Shown piece by piece: positions 11,936-26,820 of a DNA stretch of 64,000 bases. Each line of letters starts with the position of its first letter. Position 1 is the stretch's first letter. This DNA comes from Escherichia coli (GTDB lineage Bacteria > Pseudomonadota > Gammaproteobacteria > Enterobacterales > Enterobacteriaceae). The DNA lies in assembly GCF_030384885.1 (NCBI RefSeq), contig NZ_CP128613.1. One strand, written 5' to 3'. Position numbers and translations under genes: made by a program. The notes beneath the pieces are model-generated. The model did not search any database, was not told the DNA's origin, and worked only from the letters and a program-made list of their open reading frames with translations.

Positions 11936-12186
11936 GTATATTAACAATGCGATAGCTATGATTGCACCGTTTTAACGCTGTAACCTGTATGTAACAGTGA
12001 ATCATCACTTTCACCGAGGTAATAGCGTCATAACAACAATTAAAGCCGTTTTCTGGAGCGTTACCGGGCATGGAAGAACGAATTTTAAAAAGTGAGCTTC
12101 GGCGTTCAGTAACACTTCATTAACTCTACTGCCCCGCCGAGCATTTATCTCAAGCACTACCCTGCATAAGAAAAACCGGAGATACC

Positions 12187-13185
12187 ATGAATAAGAAGGT
12201 GTTAACCCTGTCTGCTGTAATGGCCAGTATGTTATTCGGTGCCACTGCACACGCTGCTGATACCCGTATTGGTGTAACAATCTATAAGTACGACGATAAC
12301 TTTATGTCTGTTGTGCGCAAGGCTATCGAACAAGATGCGAAAGCCGCGCCAGATGTTCAGCTGCTGATGAATGATTCTCAGAATGACCAGTCCAAGCAGA
12401 ACGATCAGATCGATGTATTGCTGGCGAAAGGGGTGAAGGCACTGGCGATCAACCTGGTTGACCCGGCAGCTGCGGGTACGGTGATTGAGAAAGCGCGCGG
12501 GCAAAACGTGCCGGTGGTTTTCTTCAACAAAGAACCGTCTCGTAAGGCGCTGGATAGCTACGATAAAGCCTACTATGTCGGCACTGACTCCAAAGAGTCC
12601 GGCATTATTCAGGGCGATTTGATTGCTAAGCATTGGGCGGCAAACCAGGATTGGGATCTCAACAAAGACGGTCAGATTCAATTCGTACTGCTGAAAGGTG
12701 AACCGGGCCATCCGGATGCAGAAGCACGCACCACTTACGTGATTAAAGAGCTGAACGACAAAGGCATCAAAACTGAACAGTTACAGTTAGATACCGCTAT
12801 GTGGGATACCGCTCAGGCGAAAGATAAGATGGACGCCTGGCTGTCTGGCCCGAACGCCAACAAAATCGAAGTGGTTATCGCCAACAACGATGCGATGGCA
12901 ATGGGCGCAGTAGAAGCACTGAAAGCACACAACAAGTCCAGCATTCCAGTGTTTGGTGTCGATGCGCTGCCAGAAGCTCTGGCACTGGTGAAATCCGGTG
13001 CACTGGCGGGCACCGTATTGAACGACGCTAACAACCAGGCGAAAGCGACTTTTGATCTGGCGAAAAACCTGGCCGATGGCAAAGGTGCGGCTGATGGTAC
13101 CAACTGGAAAATCGACAACAAAGTGGTCCGCGTACCTTACGTTGGCGTAGATAAAGACAACCTGGCTGAATTCAGCAAGAAATAA
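12187..13185 (+). CDS. mglB: Periplasmic galactose/glucose-binding protein
   Basis: 332 aa with signal peptide ...[12 protein letters not shown]; matches recalled MglB. Confidence 0.95.
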   Translation: MNKKVLTLSAVMASMLFGATAHAADTRIGVTIYKYDDNFMSVVRKAIEQDAKAAPDVQLLMNDSQNDQSKQNDQIDVLLAKGVKALAINLVDPAAAGTVIEKARGQNVPVVFFNKEPSRKALDSYDKAYYVGTDSKESGIIQGDLIAKHWAANQDWDLNKDGQIQFVLLKGEPGHPDAEARTTYVIKELNDKGIKTEQLQLDTAMWDTAQAKDKMDAWLSGPNANKIEVVIANNDAMAMGAVEALKAHNKSSIPVFGVDALPEALALVKSGALAGTVLNDANNQAKATFDLAKNLADGKGAADGTNWKIDNKVVRVPYVGVDKDNLAEFSKK

Positions 13186-13193
13186 GACTGATT

Positions 13194-13221
13194 GGGCGCA
13201 GTCGTTTACTGCGCCCTTATT
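13194..13221 (+). terminator. Intercistronic hairpin / partial terminator between mglB and mglA
   Basis: gggcgcag-tcgtttact-ctgcgccc followed by ttattgtat. Confidence 0.5.
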
Positions 13222-13245
13222 GTATGGCCAACAAGGTAAAATTAT

Positions 13246-14766
13246 ATGGTCAGCTCAACGACTCCGTCTTCCGGGGAATACTTGTTGGAAATGAGCGGTA
13301 TCAACAAGTCTTTTCCGGGGGTTAAGGCACTTGATAACGTTAATTTAAAAGTCCGGCCACATTCTATCCATGCATTAATGGGGGAAAACGGCGCAGGAAA
13401 ATCAACATTATTAAAATGCCTGTTTGGTATTTATCAAAAAGACTCCGGCACCATTTTGTTCCAGGGTAAAGAGATCGATTTCCATTCTGCCAAAGAAGCA
13501 CTGGAAAATGGTATTTCGATGGTACACCAGGAATTAAACCTGGTATTGCAACGTTCGGTGATGGACAACATGTGGCTGGGGCGATATCCCACCAAAGGCA
13601 TGTTTGTCGATCAGGACAAAATGTACCGCGAAACCAAAGCAATTTTTGATGAGCTGGATATTGATATCGATCCGCGTGCGCGCGTCGGCACATTATCCGT
13701 TTCGCAAATGCAGATGATCGAAATCGCCAAAGCGTTTTCCTATAACGCGAAAATTGTGATTATGGATGAACCGACATCTTCGTTAACTGAAAAAGAGGTC
13801 AATCATCTTTTCACTATTATTCGTAAATTAAAAGAGCGCGGCTGCGGTATTGTTTATATCTCGCATAAAATGGAAGAAATCTTCCAGTTATGTGATGAAG
13901 TCACCGTATTGCGCGACGGTCAGTGGATCGCTACCGAACCGCTGGCAGGGCTAACGATGGACAAGATCATCGCCATGATGGTTGGACGCTCTCTTAACCA
14001 GCGTTTCCCTGACAAAGAAAACAAGCCGGGCGAAGTGATTCTGGAAGTGCGTAATCTGACGTCGCTGCGCCAGCCGTCGATTCGCGATGTCTCGTTTGAT
14101 CTGCATAAAGGGGAGATCCTCGGTATTGCCGGTCTGGTGGGGGCGAAACGTACCGATATTGTTGAGACGTTATTTGGTATTCGCGAGAAATCGGCTGGCA
14201 CCATTACGTTGCACGGCAAAAAGATCAATAACCATAACGCTAACGAAGCCATAAACCACGGATTTGCACTGGTAACTGAAGAGCGCCGCTCAACGGGAAT
14301 TTATGCCTATCTGGATATTGGCTTTAACTCGTTAATTTCCAATATCCGCAACTACAAAAATAAAGTTGGCTTGCTGGATAACTCGCGGATGAAAAGCGAT
14401 ACCCAGTGGGTAATTGATTCGATGCGGGTAAAAACGCCGGGACATCGTACGCAAATTGGTTCACTCTCCGGCGGTAATCAGCAAAAGGTAATTATTGGGC
14501 GCTGGCTGCTTACGCAACCAGAAATATTAATGCTCGATGAACCAACGCGCGGTATTGATGTCGGAGCGAAGTTTGAAATTTATCAGTTAATTGCCGAACT
14601 GGCGAAGAAAGGCAAGGGGATTATTATTATTTCCTCCGAAATGCCAGAGTTGTTAGGGATAACAGACCGTATTCTGGTCATGAGCAATGGTCTCGTTTCC
14701 GGAATTGTCGATACAAAAACAACAACGCAAAACGAAATTCTGCGTCTTGCGTCTTTGCACCTTTAA
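13246..14766 (+). CDS. mglA: Galactose/methyl-galactoside ABC transporter ATP-binding protein (duplicated ABC domains)
   Basis: 506 aa, two Walker A motifs (GENGAGKST and second cassette). Confidence 0.95.
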   Translation: MVSSTTPSSGEYLLEMSGINKSFPGVKALDNVNLKVRPHSIHALMGENGAGKSTLLKCLFGIYQKDSGTILFQGKEIDFHSAKEALENGISMVHQELNLVLQRSVMDNMWLGRYPTKGMFVDQDKMYRETKAIFDELDIDIDPRARVGTLSVSQMQMIEIAKAFSYNAKIVIMDEPTSSLTEKEVNHLFTIIRKLKERGCGIVYISHKMEEIFQLCDEVTVLRDGQWIATEPLAGLTMDKIIAMMVGRSLNQRFPDKENKPGEVILEVRNLTSLRQPSIRDVSFDLHKGEILGIAGLVGAKRTDIVETLFGIREKSAGTITLHGKKINNHNANEAINHGFALVTEERRSTGIYAYLDIGFNSLISNIRNYKNKVGLLDNSRMKSDTQWVIDSMRVKTPGHRTQIGSLSGGNQQKVIIGRWLLTQPEILMLDEPTRGIDVGAKFEIYQLIAELAKKGKGIIIISSEMPELLGITDRILVMSNGLVSGIVDTKTTTQNEILRLASLHL

Positions 14767-14781
14767 GATTAGGGGCCTCCC

Positions 14782-15792
14782 ATGAGTGCGTTAAATAAGA
14801 AAAGTTTTCTTACTTACCTGAAAGAGGGCGGTATTTACGTCGTTCTTTTAGTTTTGCTGGCGATTATTATTTTCCAGGACCCAACTTTTTTAAGTCTGTT
14901 GAACTTAAGTAATATTCTCACCCAGTCATCGGTGCGTATTATTATCGCGCTTGGTGTGGCAGGATTAATTGTCACCCAGGGGACCGACCTTTCTGCGGGA
15001 CGTCAGGTAGGGCTGGCAGCCGTGGTGGCAGCGACGTTATTGCAGTCCATGGATAACGCTAACAAAGTATTCCCGGAAATGGCGACGATGCCGATTGCGC
15101 TGGTAATTCTGATTGTCTGTGCCATTGGCGCGGTGATCGGTTTGATCAACGGCCTGATTATCGCTTATCTCAACGTGACGCCATTCATTACCACGCTCGG
15201 CACGATGATTATCGTCTACGGCATCAACTCGCTCTATTACGACTTTGTCGGGGCGTCGCCAATTTCTGGTTTTGACAGTGGCTTCTCTACCTTTGCTCAG
15301 GGCTTTGTCGCGCTGGGGAGCTTCCGTCTCTCTTACATCACTTTCTACGCGTTAATTGCGGTGGCATTCGTCTGGGTGTTGTGGAACAAAACCCGCTTCG
15401 GCAAGAACATTTTTGCCATTGGCGGTAACCCGGAAGCGGCGAAAGTTTCTGGTGTCAACGTTGGCCTGAACCTGCTGATGATCTACGCGTTGTCTGGTGT
15501 GTTCTATGCCTTTGGCGGGATGTTAGAAGCCGGACGTATCGGCTCTGCCACCAACAACCTCGGCTTTATGTATGAGCTGGATGCTATCGCAGCGTGCGTG
15601 GTGGGCGGCGTATCATTTAGCGGCGGTGTGGGGACGGTAATTGGTGTAGTGACCGGGGTAATTATCTTTACCGTTATCAACTATGGCCTGACGTACATCG
15701 GCGTAAACCCGTACTGGCAGTACATCATCAAAGGGGCGATTATTATCTTCGCCGTGGCGCTGGATTCACTGAAATACGCGCGTAAGAAGTGA
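14782..15792 (+). CDS. mglC: Galactose/methyl-galactoside ABC transporter permease
   Basis: 336-aa polytopic permease following mglA. Confidence 0.95.
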   Translation: MSALNKKSFLTYLKEGGIYVVLLVLLAIIIFQDPTFLSLLNLSNILTQSSVRIIIALGVAGLIVTQGTDLSAGRQVGLAAVVAATLLQSMDNANKVFPEMATMPIALVILIVCAIGAVIGLINGLIIAYLNVTPFITTLGTMIIVYGINSLYYDFVGASPISGFDSGFSTFAQGFVALGSFRLSYITFYALIAVAFVWVLWNKTRFGKNIFAIGGNPEAAKVSGVNVGLNLLMIYALSGVFYAFGGMLEAGRIGSATNNLGFMYELDAIAACVVGGVSFSGGVGTVIGVVTGVIIFTVINYGLTYIGVNPYWQYIIKGAIIIFAVALDSLKYARKK

Positions 15793-15805
15793 TGTGAATG
15801 TGGGT

Positions 15806-15855
15806 ATTGCCGGATGCGCCGCATCCGGCAATCGGTGCCAAATGCCGGATGCGTC
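15806..15855. repeat. REP (repetitive extragenic palindrome) elements between convergent mglC and preA
   Basis: tgccggatgcgccgcatccggca and gccggatgcg motifs. Confidence 0.7.
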
Positions 15856-15862
15856 TCTGATT

Positions 15863-17098
15863 TTACAACGTTACCGGGTGTTCTTTCTCTCCCTTCTTAA
15901 ACTTCACTTCCCCAAGATCAATACAACCCACCGGGCAGACGTGACCGCAAAGCAGGCAACCCACACATTTCTCGGTATTACAATGCGGTGTGCGGGTTTT
16001 CTCGCTCCATTCCATCGCCTGGTGACCGCCGTCATAACAGGAAATATAACAGCGTCCACAGCCAACACATTTATCGAGATTGATGTTGGGATAGACAATA
16101 TAACTGCGGTCTAAATCTTCCGCCGGAACAATATTGTGATTCGCCAGACCTACCATCTCCTGCAACGAATCAAACCCCTGATCGGCAAGATAGTGTGACA
16201 ACCCGCTCGCCATATCTTCCACTATCCGATAGCCGTACTGCATAATGCCGGTGGTCACCTGCAATGTCGCTGCACCGAGCAATAAAAACTCTGCCGCATC
16301 TTCCCAGGTTTCAATACCGCCGATACCGCTGATCGGGAAATCGCGCAGCTCTGGATGGGTGCGCATTTGCTGAATAAAGCGTAGGGCGATCGGTTTTACC
16401 GCTTTACCGGAATATCCGGAAATACTCGATTTACCGTTAACGATCGGCATACCAATTTTCTGATTAAGATCGATATTGGTGATGGATTTAACGGTATTAA
16501 TCGCCGCAATGCCATCTGCGCCGCCGCGCTTCGCAGCCAGCGCCACTTCGCACATATCACCGATATTCGGCGTCATCTTCGCCAGCATCGGCAGCGTAGA
16601 ACCACGTTTCACTGCCCGACAATATTTTTCTACCAGCTCCGGGCTTTGCCCGACATCACTACCCATCGCATGAGAAGTCATTTGCGGACAGGAGAAGTTA
16701 CACTCGATCATATCCGCACCAGCTTCTTGCACTAGCCGCGCCAGATCCTCCCACTGCTGTTCATTTTCGCCCATGATCGAAGCGATCAACACTTTGTCCG
16801 GATAATCTTCTTTCAGCCGACGCAGGGCGGCCAGATTCTCCTCCAGAGGATGTTCGGCAATCTGCTCCATATTTTTGAAGCCGATAAAACCGGTATCTTC
16901 TTTCACCAGATGATCAAAACGTGGTGAGACTTCGTTGGCGATAAAAAAGCCGATCGTTTTAAATACCACGCCACCCCAGCCCGTGTCGTAGGCTTTGGCG
17001 CACATCTCATAGCAATTGCCTACCGGCGAAGAAGAGAGGCAGAACGGGTTGGGAAACTTCACGCCGCAAAAGGTAATCGAAAGATCTTTCGTTAACAT
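15863..17098 (-). CDS. preA: NAD-dependent dihydropyrimidine dehydrogenase subunit PreA (4Fe-4S, FMN)
   Basis: Matches recalled PreA; C-terminal ferredoxin CxxCxxCxxxCP motifs; start taken at MLTKDL. Confidence 0.9.
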   Translation of the reverse strand: MLTKDLSITFCGVKFPNPFCLSSSPVGNCYEMCAKAYDTGWGGVVFKTIGFFIANEVSPRFDHLVKEDTGFIGFKNMEQIAEHPLEENLAALRRLKEDYPDKVLIASIMGENEQQWEDLARLVQEAGADMIECNFSCPQMTSHAMGSDVGQSPELVEKYCRAVKRGSTLPMLAKMTPNIGDMCEVALAAKRGGADGIAAINTVKSITNIDLNQKIGMPIVNGKSSISGYSGKAVKPIALRFIQQMRTHPELRDFPISGIGGIETWEDAAEFLLLGAATLQVTTGIMQYGYRIVEDMASGLSHYLADQGFDSLQEMVGLANHNIVPAEDLDRSYIVYPNINLDKCVGCGRCYISCYDGGHQAMEWSEKTRTPHCNTEKCVGCLLCGHVCPVGCIDLGEVKFKKGEKEHPVTL

Positions 17099-18330
17099 GA
17101 GCAAGCTCCCTCTAAATAGTGATGAATTGCCTCAGCGGCTTCTTTCCCGGTTTTCACGGCATAGACCACGGTTTTGTCACCCTCAACAATATCGCCAGCA
17201 GCAAAGACTTGCGGATCGCGGGTCTGGTAATTTTGTGTTTTGATGGTGTTACGCTGCGGCTCTAACTCCGCAAAGGCATCCAGTCTGGCATGCTGACCGA
17301 CGGCGAGAATAATTTTATCTGCCGCCATCGTCAGTTCGCCCGGTAAGCGTACATGCTTAAACGTGACTTTATTGCCTTCCACGGCCACTGGTGTGAATCC
17401 ATCGATGATCGAAACGCCCAACTCCCGGGCGCTGGCAAACTCTTTTTCGCTTGCCGGAAACTCATCTAACTCTTCACGTGCTACGCAGGTTACCGCCTGA
17501 CAGCCGAGAACTTTCAGCGTGCTGGCAACGTCCATCGCGACATCACCGCCGCCGATAATTAATGCGCTTTGTGGAATGCTGATATCGCCCTGCGCCTGCC
17601 GTGCACGTTGCAAGAAGTCGACGGCAATCTCAACGTCGCTATGCTCAAACAGCGGTAGCCCGGAACCGCCCGACAACCCTACGGTGACAAGTACTGCGCG
17701 GTTTTCCGCTTTCAGTTGCTCCAGGGTGAGTACTTTACCGATTTCGTTATTGCACTTAATGGTCACCCCCATTTTTTCGATACGGGCGATCTCTGCATCC
17801 AGCACGGATTGCGGCAAACGAAATTGCGGAATACCGTTACACAGCCAGCCACCGGGTTGCGCTTCTTTTTCATAAATAGTGACGTCGTACCCCATATTTG
17901 TCAGCGTCACGCTGGCCTGCAATCCAGCAGGACCTGCGCCAATAATGGCGACTTTGCCGAGCGTTTTAGTACCAGGCTGATAAATTTCCATCCCGGTTTG
18001 TTGTTCAAAATCAGTGATAAAACGCTGTAAGCGACCGATATCAATGGGATCATCAACACCGGCACGGGTACAACCGCTTTGACATAATTTCTCCGTTGGG
18101 CAAACTCTGGCGCATACAGCACCTAAGGCATTATTTTCGCGAATTGTCTCGGCAGCGCCTTTAAAATTACGAAAGTAGATTGAGCGTATAAATTTCCCCG
18201 GATCGGTTTGTGCCGGGCAAGCCTGACTACAGGGAGCGTCGTGACATAATAAACAGCGAGAGGCTTCTTTAATCGCCAGTAAAGGCGTAAAAGCCGGAGT
18301 GAGTTCATCCAGATAATTTTGTTGCGGCAT
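17092..18330 (-). CDS. preT: NAD-dependent dihydropyrimidine dehydrogenase subunit PreT
   Basis: 412 aa; FAD/NAD GxGxxG motifs (IIGAGPAG), N-terminal Fe-S cysteines. Confidence 0.9.
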   Translation of the reverse strand: MPQQNYLDELTPAFTPLLAIKEASRCLLCHDAPCSQACPAQTDPGKFIRSIYFRNFKGAAETIRENNALGAVCARVCPTEKLCQSGCTRAGVDDPIDIGRLQRFITDFEQQTGMEIYQPGTKTLGKVAIIGAGPAGLQASVTLTNMGYDVTIYEKEAQPGGWLCNGIPQFRLPQSVLDAEIARIEKMGVTIKCNNEIGKVLTLEQLKAENRAVLVTVGLSGGSGLPLFEHSDVEIAVDFLQRARQAQGDISIPQSALIIGGGDVAMDVASTLKVLGCQAVTCVAREELDEFPASEKEFASARELGVSIIDGFTPVAVEGNKVTFKHVRLPGELTMAADKIILAVGQHARLDAFAELEPQRNTIKTQNYQTRDPQVFAAGDIVEGDKTVVYAVKTGKEAAEAIHHYLEGACSC

Positions 18331-18534
18331 GTGATCTTCCTTAATGCTATGAGTAATTAAGGCGAACGCTAAATATACTCGTCATACTTCAAGTTGCATG
18401 TGCTGCGTCTGCGTTAGCTCACCCCAGTCACTTGTCGCCTTCCTGCAACTCGAATTATTTAGAGTATAAATATTGCGTGCTGATATTAAGGCTAAGCGTG
18501 TGGGGAAATTTAAACTGTGAAAGGATTCACAAAT

Positions 18535-18565
18535 AGCTGCGGTTCAGAATGTTATATCCGCAGCT
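18535..18565 (-). terminator. Possible terminator downstream of yeiS
   Basis: Inverted repeat agctgcgg...ccgcagct with large loop; weak. Confidence 0.3.
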
Positions 18566-18616
18566 TATTAAGTGAAGTAATAATTATTCTCAATAATTAA
18601 CAGAAAAGGGAAAATA

Positions 18617-19693
<1,077 letters not shown>

Positions 19694-19725
19694 TGATGCG
19701 ACGTTTATCAGTGTGTCAGACCTGA

Positions 19726-20652
<927 letters not shown>

Positions 20653-20781
20653 GGCGTTGCCTCATAATCATGTAATGGGATAACAGTTTACGAACCCGTT
20701 ATGGCTTTATATGTGATCTGAATCTCATTAATTGTGCAACGAATGAAACTTACATCAAAAATGCGCGACGCATCGCAAATT

Positions 20782-21908
<1,127 letters not shown>

Positions 21909-22002
21909 TTAATTCGTAAAACGTGCTACCGATCACATTAAGAATTCTCAGCATAGTTGAATTACAGGGAAGTAACATCGGGCGAGTGCCCAGTTCAGCA
22001 CA

Positions 22003-22914
22003 CTAATTCTGCTGTAAAAAGTGCAGAAACTGACTTAAAGCATAAGAAGGCGTTTCGTTATTACGCCAAAACACACCGACGCTGCCTTTCTGTTCAATCT
22101 TTGGCAGGTTGAGGATTGCCAGTTGCCCCTGGCTGGCATAACGTTGCGCCAGGCGTAATGACAAAATAGAGATCATATTGCTGCTTTGTAACAGGTTGGT
22201 ACTGACGTTCATCGATGCCGACTCAATCGTGTTTTCTGGCAGCATCACGCCGTGGTCTACCAGCGCATTATCAATGCTGATGCGGATGGGGGTACCTGTC
22301 GGCCAGACTATCCACCGCCAGTTAGCAAGATCATTCCAGCTGAGGGTGGCGTATTTCGCCAGTGGATGCTCAGGACGGGCGACAAAGCATACCGGCTCGG
22401 TGTAGAGCACGCGATAATTCAGCGGCAGCTGCAACGCGCGACCGCCAATTCGCCCAACCACCACATCGACAGAACCTGCCAACAGATCTTGCAGCAATGG
22501 GGTCATCACCTTCTCTTCGATATTCAGGTGTAGAGTTGGCATCTCCTTGAGCAAATGCAAAATCGCCTGGGATACGCAGTCAGTGGCGACGGGAGAACAG
22601 CCAATTTTCAGACTGCCGACCAGTCCACCTTGTTTAAAGCGAGCCAGTTCATATTGCGATCTTTCCATGTCATTGATTAACCGTTGGGCATGTTGCAATA
22701 ACAATTTGCCGCCTTCGGTCGGACGAAGCCCTTTGCTGTGCCGCTCAAAAAGTGTGAGTCCGATCTCATCTTCCAGTTGTGACAACCATTTCGAAAGCGC
22801 GGGTTGGGTGATATTCATCATCCGCGCGACATGGGTCAGATTACCCTGTTCACCCAGCGCCACCAGCATTTGCAGGTGATGTAGTTTTAGTTTTTGCGCC
22901 CAGTTCGCCATTTG
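22003..22914 (-). CDS. mhbR: LysR-family regulator of the gentisate cluster (MhbR-like)
   Basis: N-terminal HTH LTHVARMMNITQPALSKWL, divergent from the catabolic operon; start uncertain (22914 or 22959). Confidence 0.75.
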   Translation of the reverse strand, partial: QMANWAQKLKLHHLQMLVALGEQGNLTHVARMMNITQPALSKWLSQLEDEIGLTLFERHSKGLRPTEGGKLLLQHAQRLINDMERSQYELARFKQGGLVGSLKIGCSPVATDCVSQAILHLLKEMPTLHLNIEEKVMTPLLQDLLAGSVDVVVGRIGGRALQLPLNYRVLYTEPVCFVARPEHPLAKYATLSWNDLANWRWIVWPTGTPIRISIDNALVDHGVMLPENTIESASMNVSTNLLQSSNMISILSLRLAQRYASQGQLAILNLPKIEQKGSVGVFWRNNETPSYALSQFLHFLQQN

Positions 22915-23037
22915 CCATAACCTCCAGGTTATCTCTCTGCCCGAAATGCCATTGTACATCTCATCTCTTTAATCACATTATCGCAACATATACAAAACAA
23001 AAGAAACATCTACCTTACCTGCACTGAGGCATTTACT

Positions 23038-24396
23038 ATGACTCAACGACGTGATTTACAAGCACTTATCGATGCCGCTCCGGTCGGCAAGATGCAGTGG
23101 CGCGTTATCATCTGCTGTTTTCTGGTGGTAATGCTCGATGGTTTTGACACCGCGGCTATCGGCTTTATCGCCCCTGATATTCGCACTCACTGGCAGCTCA
23201 CCGCAGGCGATCTCGCCCCGCTTTTTGGTGCGGGTCTGCTGGGATTAACCGCAGGCGCACTGCTTTGTGGCCCGTTGTCCGATCGCTTTGGTCGCAAGCG
23301 GGTGATTGAGCTGTGCGTCTTTTTGTTTGGCGCGTTAAGCCTCGCCTCGGCTTTCTCACCGGATCTGCAAACGCTGGTCTTCCTGCGCTTTCTCACCGGC
23401 CTGGGTCTGGGCGGCGCGATGCCGAACACCATCACCATGACCTCGGAGTATCTGCCTGCCCGCCGCCGCGGCGCGCTGGTGACGCTGATGTTTTGCGGCT
23501 TTACGCTGGGTTCGGCGTTTGGCGGGATTGTCAGTGCGCAGCTGGTGCCGGTGATTGGCTGGCACGGCATTCTGGTGTTGGGGGGCGTGTTACCGCTGAT
23601 GCTGTTTGTCGCACTGCTGGTAGTTCTGCCGGAATCGCCACGCTGGCAGGTGCGCCGCCAGCTACCGCAGGCGGTGATTGCGAAAACCGTCAGCGCCATC
23701 ACCCGCGAGCGTTATGTCGATACCCACTTTTATCTCATTGAATCAGCCTCCGTTACAAAAGGCAGCATTCGTCAACTGTTTATGGGACGTCAGTTACCCA
23801 TTACGTTGATGTTGTGGGTAGTGTTCTTTATGAGCCTGCTGATTATTTACCTGCTCTCAAGCTGGATGCCGACGCTACTGAACCATCGCGGCATAGACCT
23901 GCAACACGCGTCCTGGGTCACCGCCGCGTTCCAGATTGGCGGTACGTTGGGCGCGCTGGCGCTGGGCGTGCTGATGGATAAGTTCAATCCTTTCCGCGTG
24001 CTGGCGCTGAGCTATGCCATAGGCGCTATATGCATCGTGATGATTGGCTTAAGCCAGGATGGATTATGGCTGATGGCGCTGGCGATTTTCGGCACCGGCA
24101 TTGGCATTAGCGGATCTCAGGTGGGGCTGAATGCGCTGACCGCAACACTTTATCCAACACAAAGTCGCGCCACGGGCGTGAGCTGGTCAAATGCTATCGG
24201 CCGCTGCGGCGCGATTGTCGGCTCGCTTTCTGGCGGCCTGATGATGGCGATGAATTTCTCTTTCGACACCCTGTTTTTCATTATCGCTGTGCCCGCGGCG
24301 ATCAGTGCGGTGATGTTAAGCCTGCTGATCACCGTGGTTCGCCAGTCGACCTCTGTCCCTGACTCACTGCCTCGCGCAGGCGTTGTGAACGAATAA
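23038..24396 (+). CDS. mhbT: MFS aromatic acid:H+ symporter (3-hydroxybenzoate/gentisate transporter-like)
   Basis: 452 aa, 12 TM, MFS motifs ([11 protein letters not shown]). Confidence 0.75.
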   Translation: MTQRRDLQALIDAAPVGKMQWRVIICCFLVVMLDGFDTAAIGFIAPDIRTHWQLTAGDLAPLFGAGLLGLTAGALLCGPLSDRFGRKRVIELCVFLFGALSLASAFSPDLQTLVFLRFLTGLGLGGAMPNTITMTSEYLPARRRGALVTLMFCGFTLGSAFGGIVSAQLVPVIGWHGILVLGGVLPLMLFVALLVVLPESPRWQVRRQLPQAVIAKTVSAITRERYVDTHFYLIESASVTKGSIRQLFMGRQLPITLMLWVVFFMSLLIIYLLSSWMPTLLNHRGIDLQHASWVTAAFQIGGTLGALALGVLMDKFNPFRVLALSYAIGAICIVMIGLSQDGLWLMALAIFGTGIGISGSQVGLNALTATLYPTQSRATGVSWSNAIGRCGAIVGSLSGGLMMAMNFSFDTLFFIIAVPAAISAVMLSLLITVVRQSTSVPDSLPRAGVVNE

Positions 24397-24407
24397 GGAG
24401 CATCCTA

Positions 24408-25436
24408 ATGACTGATAACAATCAAAAAAGCCGCGAGCAATTTTATCAGCATATTTCCGGGCAAAACCTGACCCCGCTGTGGGAGTCACTGCACCACCTG
24501 GTGCCGAAAACGCCCAACGCCAACTGTGCGCCAGCGTACTGGAATTATCAGGAGATCCGCCCGCTGCTGCTGGAGAGCGGCAGCCTGATTGGCGCGAAAG
24601 AAGCTGTGCGTCGTGTGCTGGTACTGGAAAACCCGGCGCTGCGCGGGCAGTCTTCCATTACCGCGACTTTATATGCCGGTTTGCAACTGATCATGCCGGG
24701 CGAAGTGGCACCGAGTCATCGTCATAATCAGTCGGCGCTGCGTTTTATTGTTGAAGGCAAAGGGGCATTTACCGCCGTTGATGGCGAACGCACGCCAATG
24801 AATGAGGGCGATTTTATCCTGACCCCACAATGGCGCTGGCACGATCACGGTAACCCTGGCGACGAACCGGTTATCTGGCTCGATGGACTGGATCTGCCAT
24901 TAGTGAACACTCTGGGCTGCGGTTTTGCCGAAGATTACCCGGAAGAGCAACAACCGGTAACGCGTAAAGAGGGCGATTATCTGCCACGTTACGCTGCCAA
25001 TATGTTGCCGCTGCGCCATCAGACCGGGAACTCCTCACCCATCTTTAACTACCGTTATGACCGTAGCCGCGAAGTGCTGCACGATTTAACCCGCCTGGGC
25101 GATGCCGATGAGTGGGATGGCTACAAAATGCGCTACGTCAACCCGGTCACCGGCGGCTATCCGATGCCGTCGATGGGCGCCTTCCTGCAACTGCTACCGA
25201 AAGGGTTCGCCTCCCGCGTGGCGCGTACCACTGACAGCACTATCTACCATGTAGTGGAAGGTAGCGGACAAGTCACCATCGGCAATGAAATCTTCACCTT
25301 TAGTGCAAAAGATATCTTTGTGGTGCCGACCTGGCACGGCGTGTCATTCCAGATTACGCAAGATACCGTTTTATTCAGTTTTTCGGACAGACCGGTACAA
25401 GAAGCCCTGGGGCTGTTCCGCGAAGCGCGTTATTAA
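24408..25436 (+). CDS. mhbD: Gentisate 1,2-dioxygenase (bicupin)
   Basis: 342 aa; cupin His motif [12 protein letters not shown]; size and order as in gentisate clusters. Confidence 0.8.
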   Translation: MTDNNQKSREQFYQHISGQNLTPLWESLHHLVPKTPNANCAPAYWNYQEIRPLLLESGSLIGAKEAVRRVLVLENPALRGQSSITATLYAGLQLIMPGEVAPSHRHNQSALRFIVEGKGAFTAVDGERTPMNEGDFILTPQWRWHDHGNPGDEPVIWLDGLDLPLVNTLGCGFAEDYPEEQQPVTRKEGDYLPRYAANMLPLRHQTGNSSPIFNYRYDRSREVLHDLTRLGDADEWDGYKMRYVNPVTGGYPMPSMGAFLQLLPKGFASRVARTTDSTIYHVVEGSGQVTIGNEIFTFSAKDIFVVPTWHGVSFQITQDTVLFSFSDRPVQEALGLFREARY

Positions 25437-25451
25437 TTTGGGAGAGAGAAA

Positions 25452-26153
25452 ATGACTCAATATGTATTCGAACCACAAGCGCCCGTTACCGTACCGGTTG
25501 TTGGCAGTGATGAACAATTCCCCGTGCGCCGCGTTTACTGTGTCGGGCGTAACTATGCCGCCCACGCCCGCGAAATGGGCTTTGATCCGGATCGTGAACC
25601 CCCCTTCTTCTTCTGCAAACCAGCAGATGCCGTTGTTCCGGTCGCCGCTGGCGAAACGCTGGCGCTGCCGTATCCGGCGCAGACCGATAACTATCATTAC
25701 GAAATTGAACTGGTGGTGGCGATTGGTAAAAAGGGCAGCGATATCCCACTGGAAAAGGCCCATGAATATGTCTGGGGTTATGCCACAGGCCTTGATATGA
25801 CTCGCCGTGACCGTCAAATGGAAATGCGTCAGATGGGCCGCCCGTGGGAAATCGGCAAAGCATTTGATCTCTCGGCCCCCATCGCACCGCTGCACAAAGC
25901 CAGCGAAACTGGCGGTATTGATAACGCACCTATCTGGTTACAGGTTAACGGCGAAGATCATCAGCGCAGCGATATTCGTCATCTCATCTGGTCAGTGAAT
26001 GAAACCATCAGCTACCTGTCAGGCTTCTTTGAACTGCAACCGGGCGATCTAATCTTTACCGGTACGCCAGAAGGGGTGGGCCCAGTAGTCAAAGGTGATG
26101 TGATCACGGGCAACGTCGAGGGCTTAACCCCTATCGCGGTGAAGATTGTCTGA
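25452..26153 (+). CDS. mhbH: Fumarylpyruvate hydrolase (FAH family)
   Basis: 233-aa FAH-fold protein following the dioxygenase. Confidence 0.75.
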   Translation: MTQYVFEPQAPVTVPVVGSDEQFPVRRVYCVGRNYAAHAREMGFDPDREPPFFFCKPADAVVPVAAGETLALPYPAQTDNYHYEIELVVAIGKKGSDIPLEKAHEYVWGYATGLDMTRRDRQMEMRQMGRPWEIGKAFDLSAPIAPLHKASETGGIDNAPIWLQVNGEDHQRSDIRHLIWSVNETISYLSGFFELQPGDLIFTGTPEGVGPVVKGDVITGNVEGLTPIAVKIV

Positions 26154-26161
26154 GGTGCATG

Positions 26162-26806
26162 ATGAAGCTGTACAGTTTTTTTAATAGTTCAGCATCGTAC
26201 CGGGTACGCATTGCGCTGGCGCTGAAAGGCATTAATTACCAGACCGAAGGGGTGAATATCCGTATTGGTCAGCAAAATGAACTGGCCTATCGGCGGATGA
26301 ATCCTGTCGGGCTGGTGCCGACGCTGCTGACTGACGAGGGCGAGTCACTCGGTCAGTCGCTGGCGATTATTGACTGGCTGGATCGTCACTACCCGCAAGT
26401 TCCGCTGGTGCCGCAGGAAGAACCGGCCCGCAATAAGGTGCTGGAAATTGTCTATGCCATCGCTTGTGATATTCATCCATTGAATAACCTGCGCGTGCTG
26501 CGCTATCTGACCGAAGAGCTGAACGTCAGTGAAGAAGAGAAAAAACGCTGGTATGCGCACTGGATCCAGCAAGGGTTAAGCGCGGTGGAACAGCTACTGC
26601 GCCAGAGCCAGTCGGGGCAATTTTGTGTGGGTGAGACGCCGACGCTGGCAGACTGCTGCCTTGTTCCGCAGTGGGCGAACGCGCTACGTATGAACTGCGA
26701 TCTGAGTGGATATCCGCGCTGCAAAGCGGTGTACGACGCCTGCACACAACTGCCAGCGTTCATTGCCGCAGCGCCAGAAAATCAACAAGATAAAATTTCA
26801 GCCTGA
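26162..26806 (+). CDS. mhbI: Maleylpyruvate isomerase (GST zeta-class)
   Basis: 214-aa GST-like protein. Confidence 0.75.
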   Translation: MKLYSFFNSSASYRVRIALALKGINYQTEGVNIRIGQQNELAYRRMNPVGLVPTLLTDEGESLGQSLAIIDWLDRHYPQVPLVPQEEPARNKVLEIVYAIACDIHPLNNLRVLRYLTEELNVSEEEKKRWYAHWIQQGLSAVEQLLRQSQSGQFCVGETPTLADCCLVPQWANALRMNCDLSGYPRCKAVYDACTQLPAFIAAAPENQQDKISA

Positions 26807-26820
26807 CCAGGAGAACCATA

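Noticed and set aside
15794-16114. 106-aa plus-strand ORF
   Set aside because: Starts in the REP region and runs antisense into preA.
25371-25929. Minus-strand ORFs of 147-174 aa
   Set aside because: Antisense within the GC-rich gentisate operon genes; arginine-rich artefacts.
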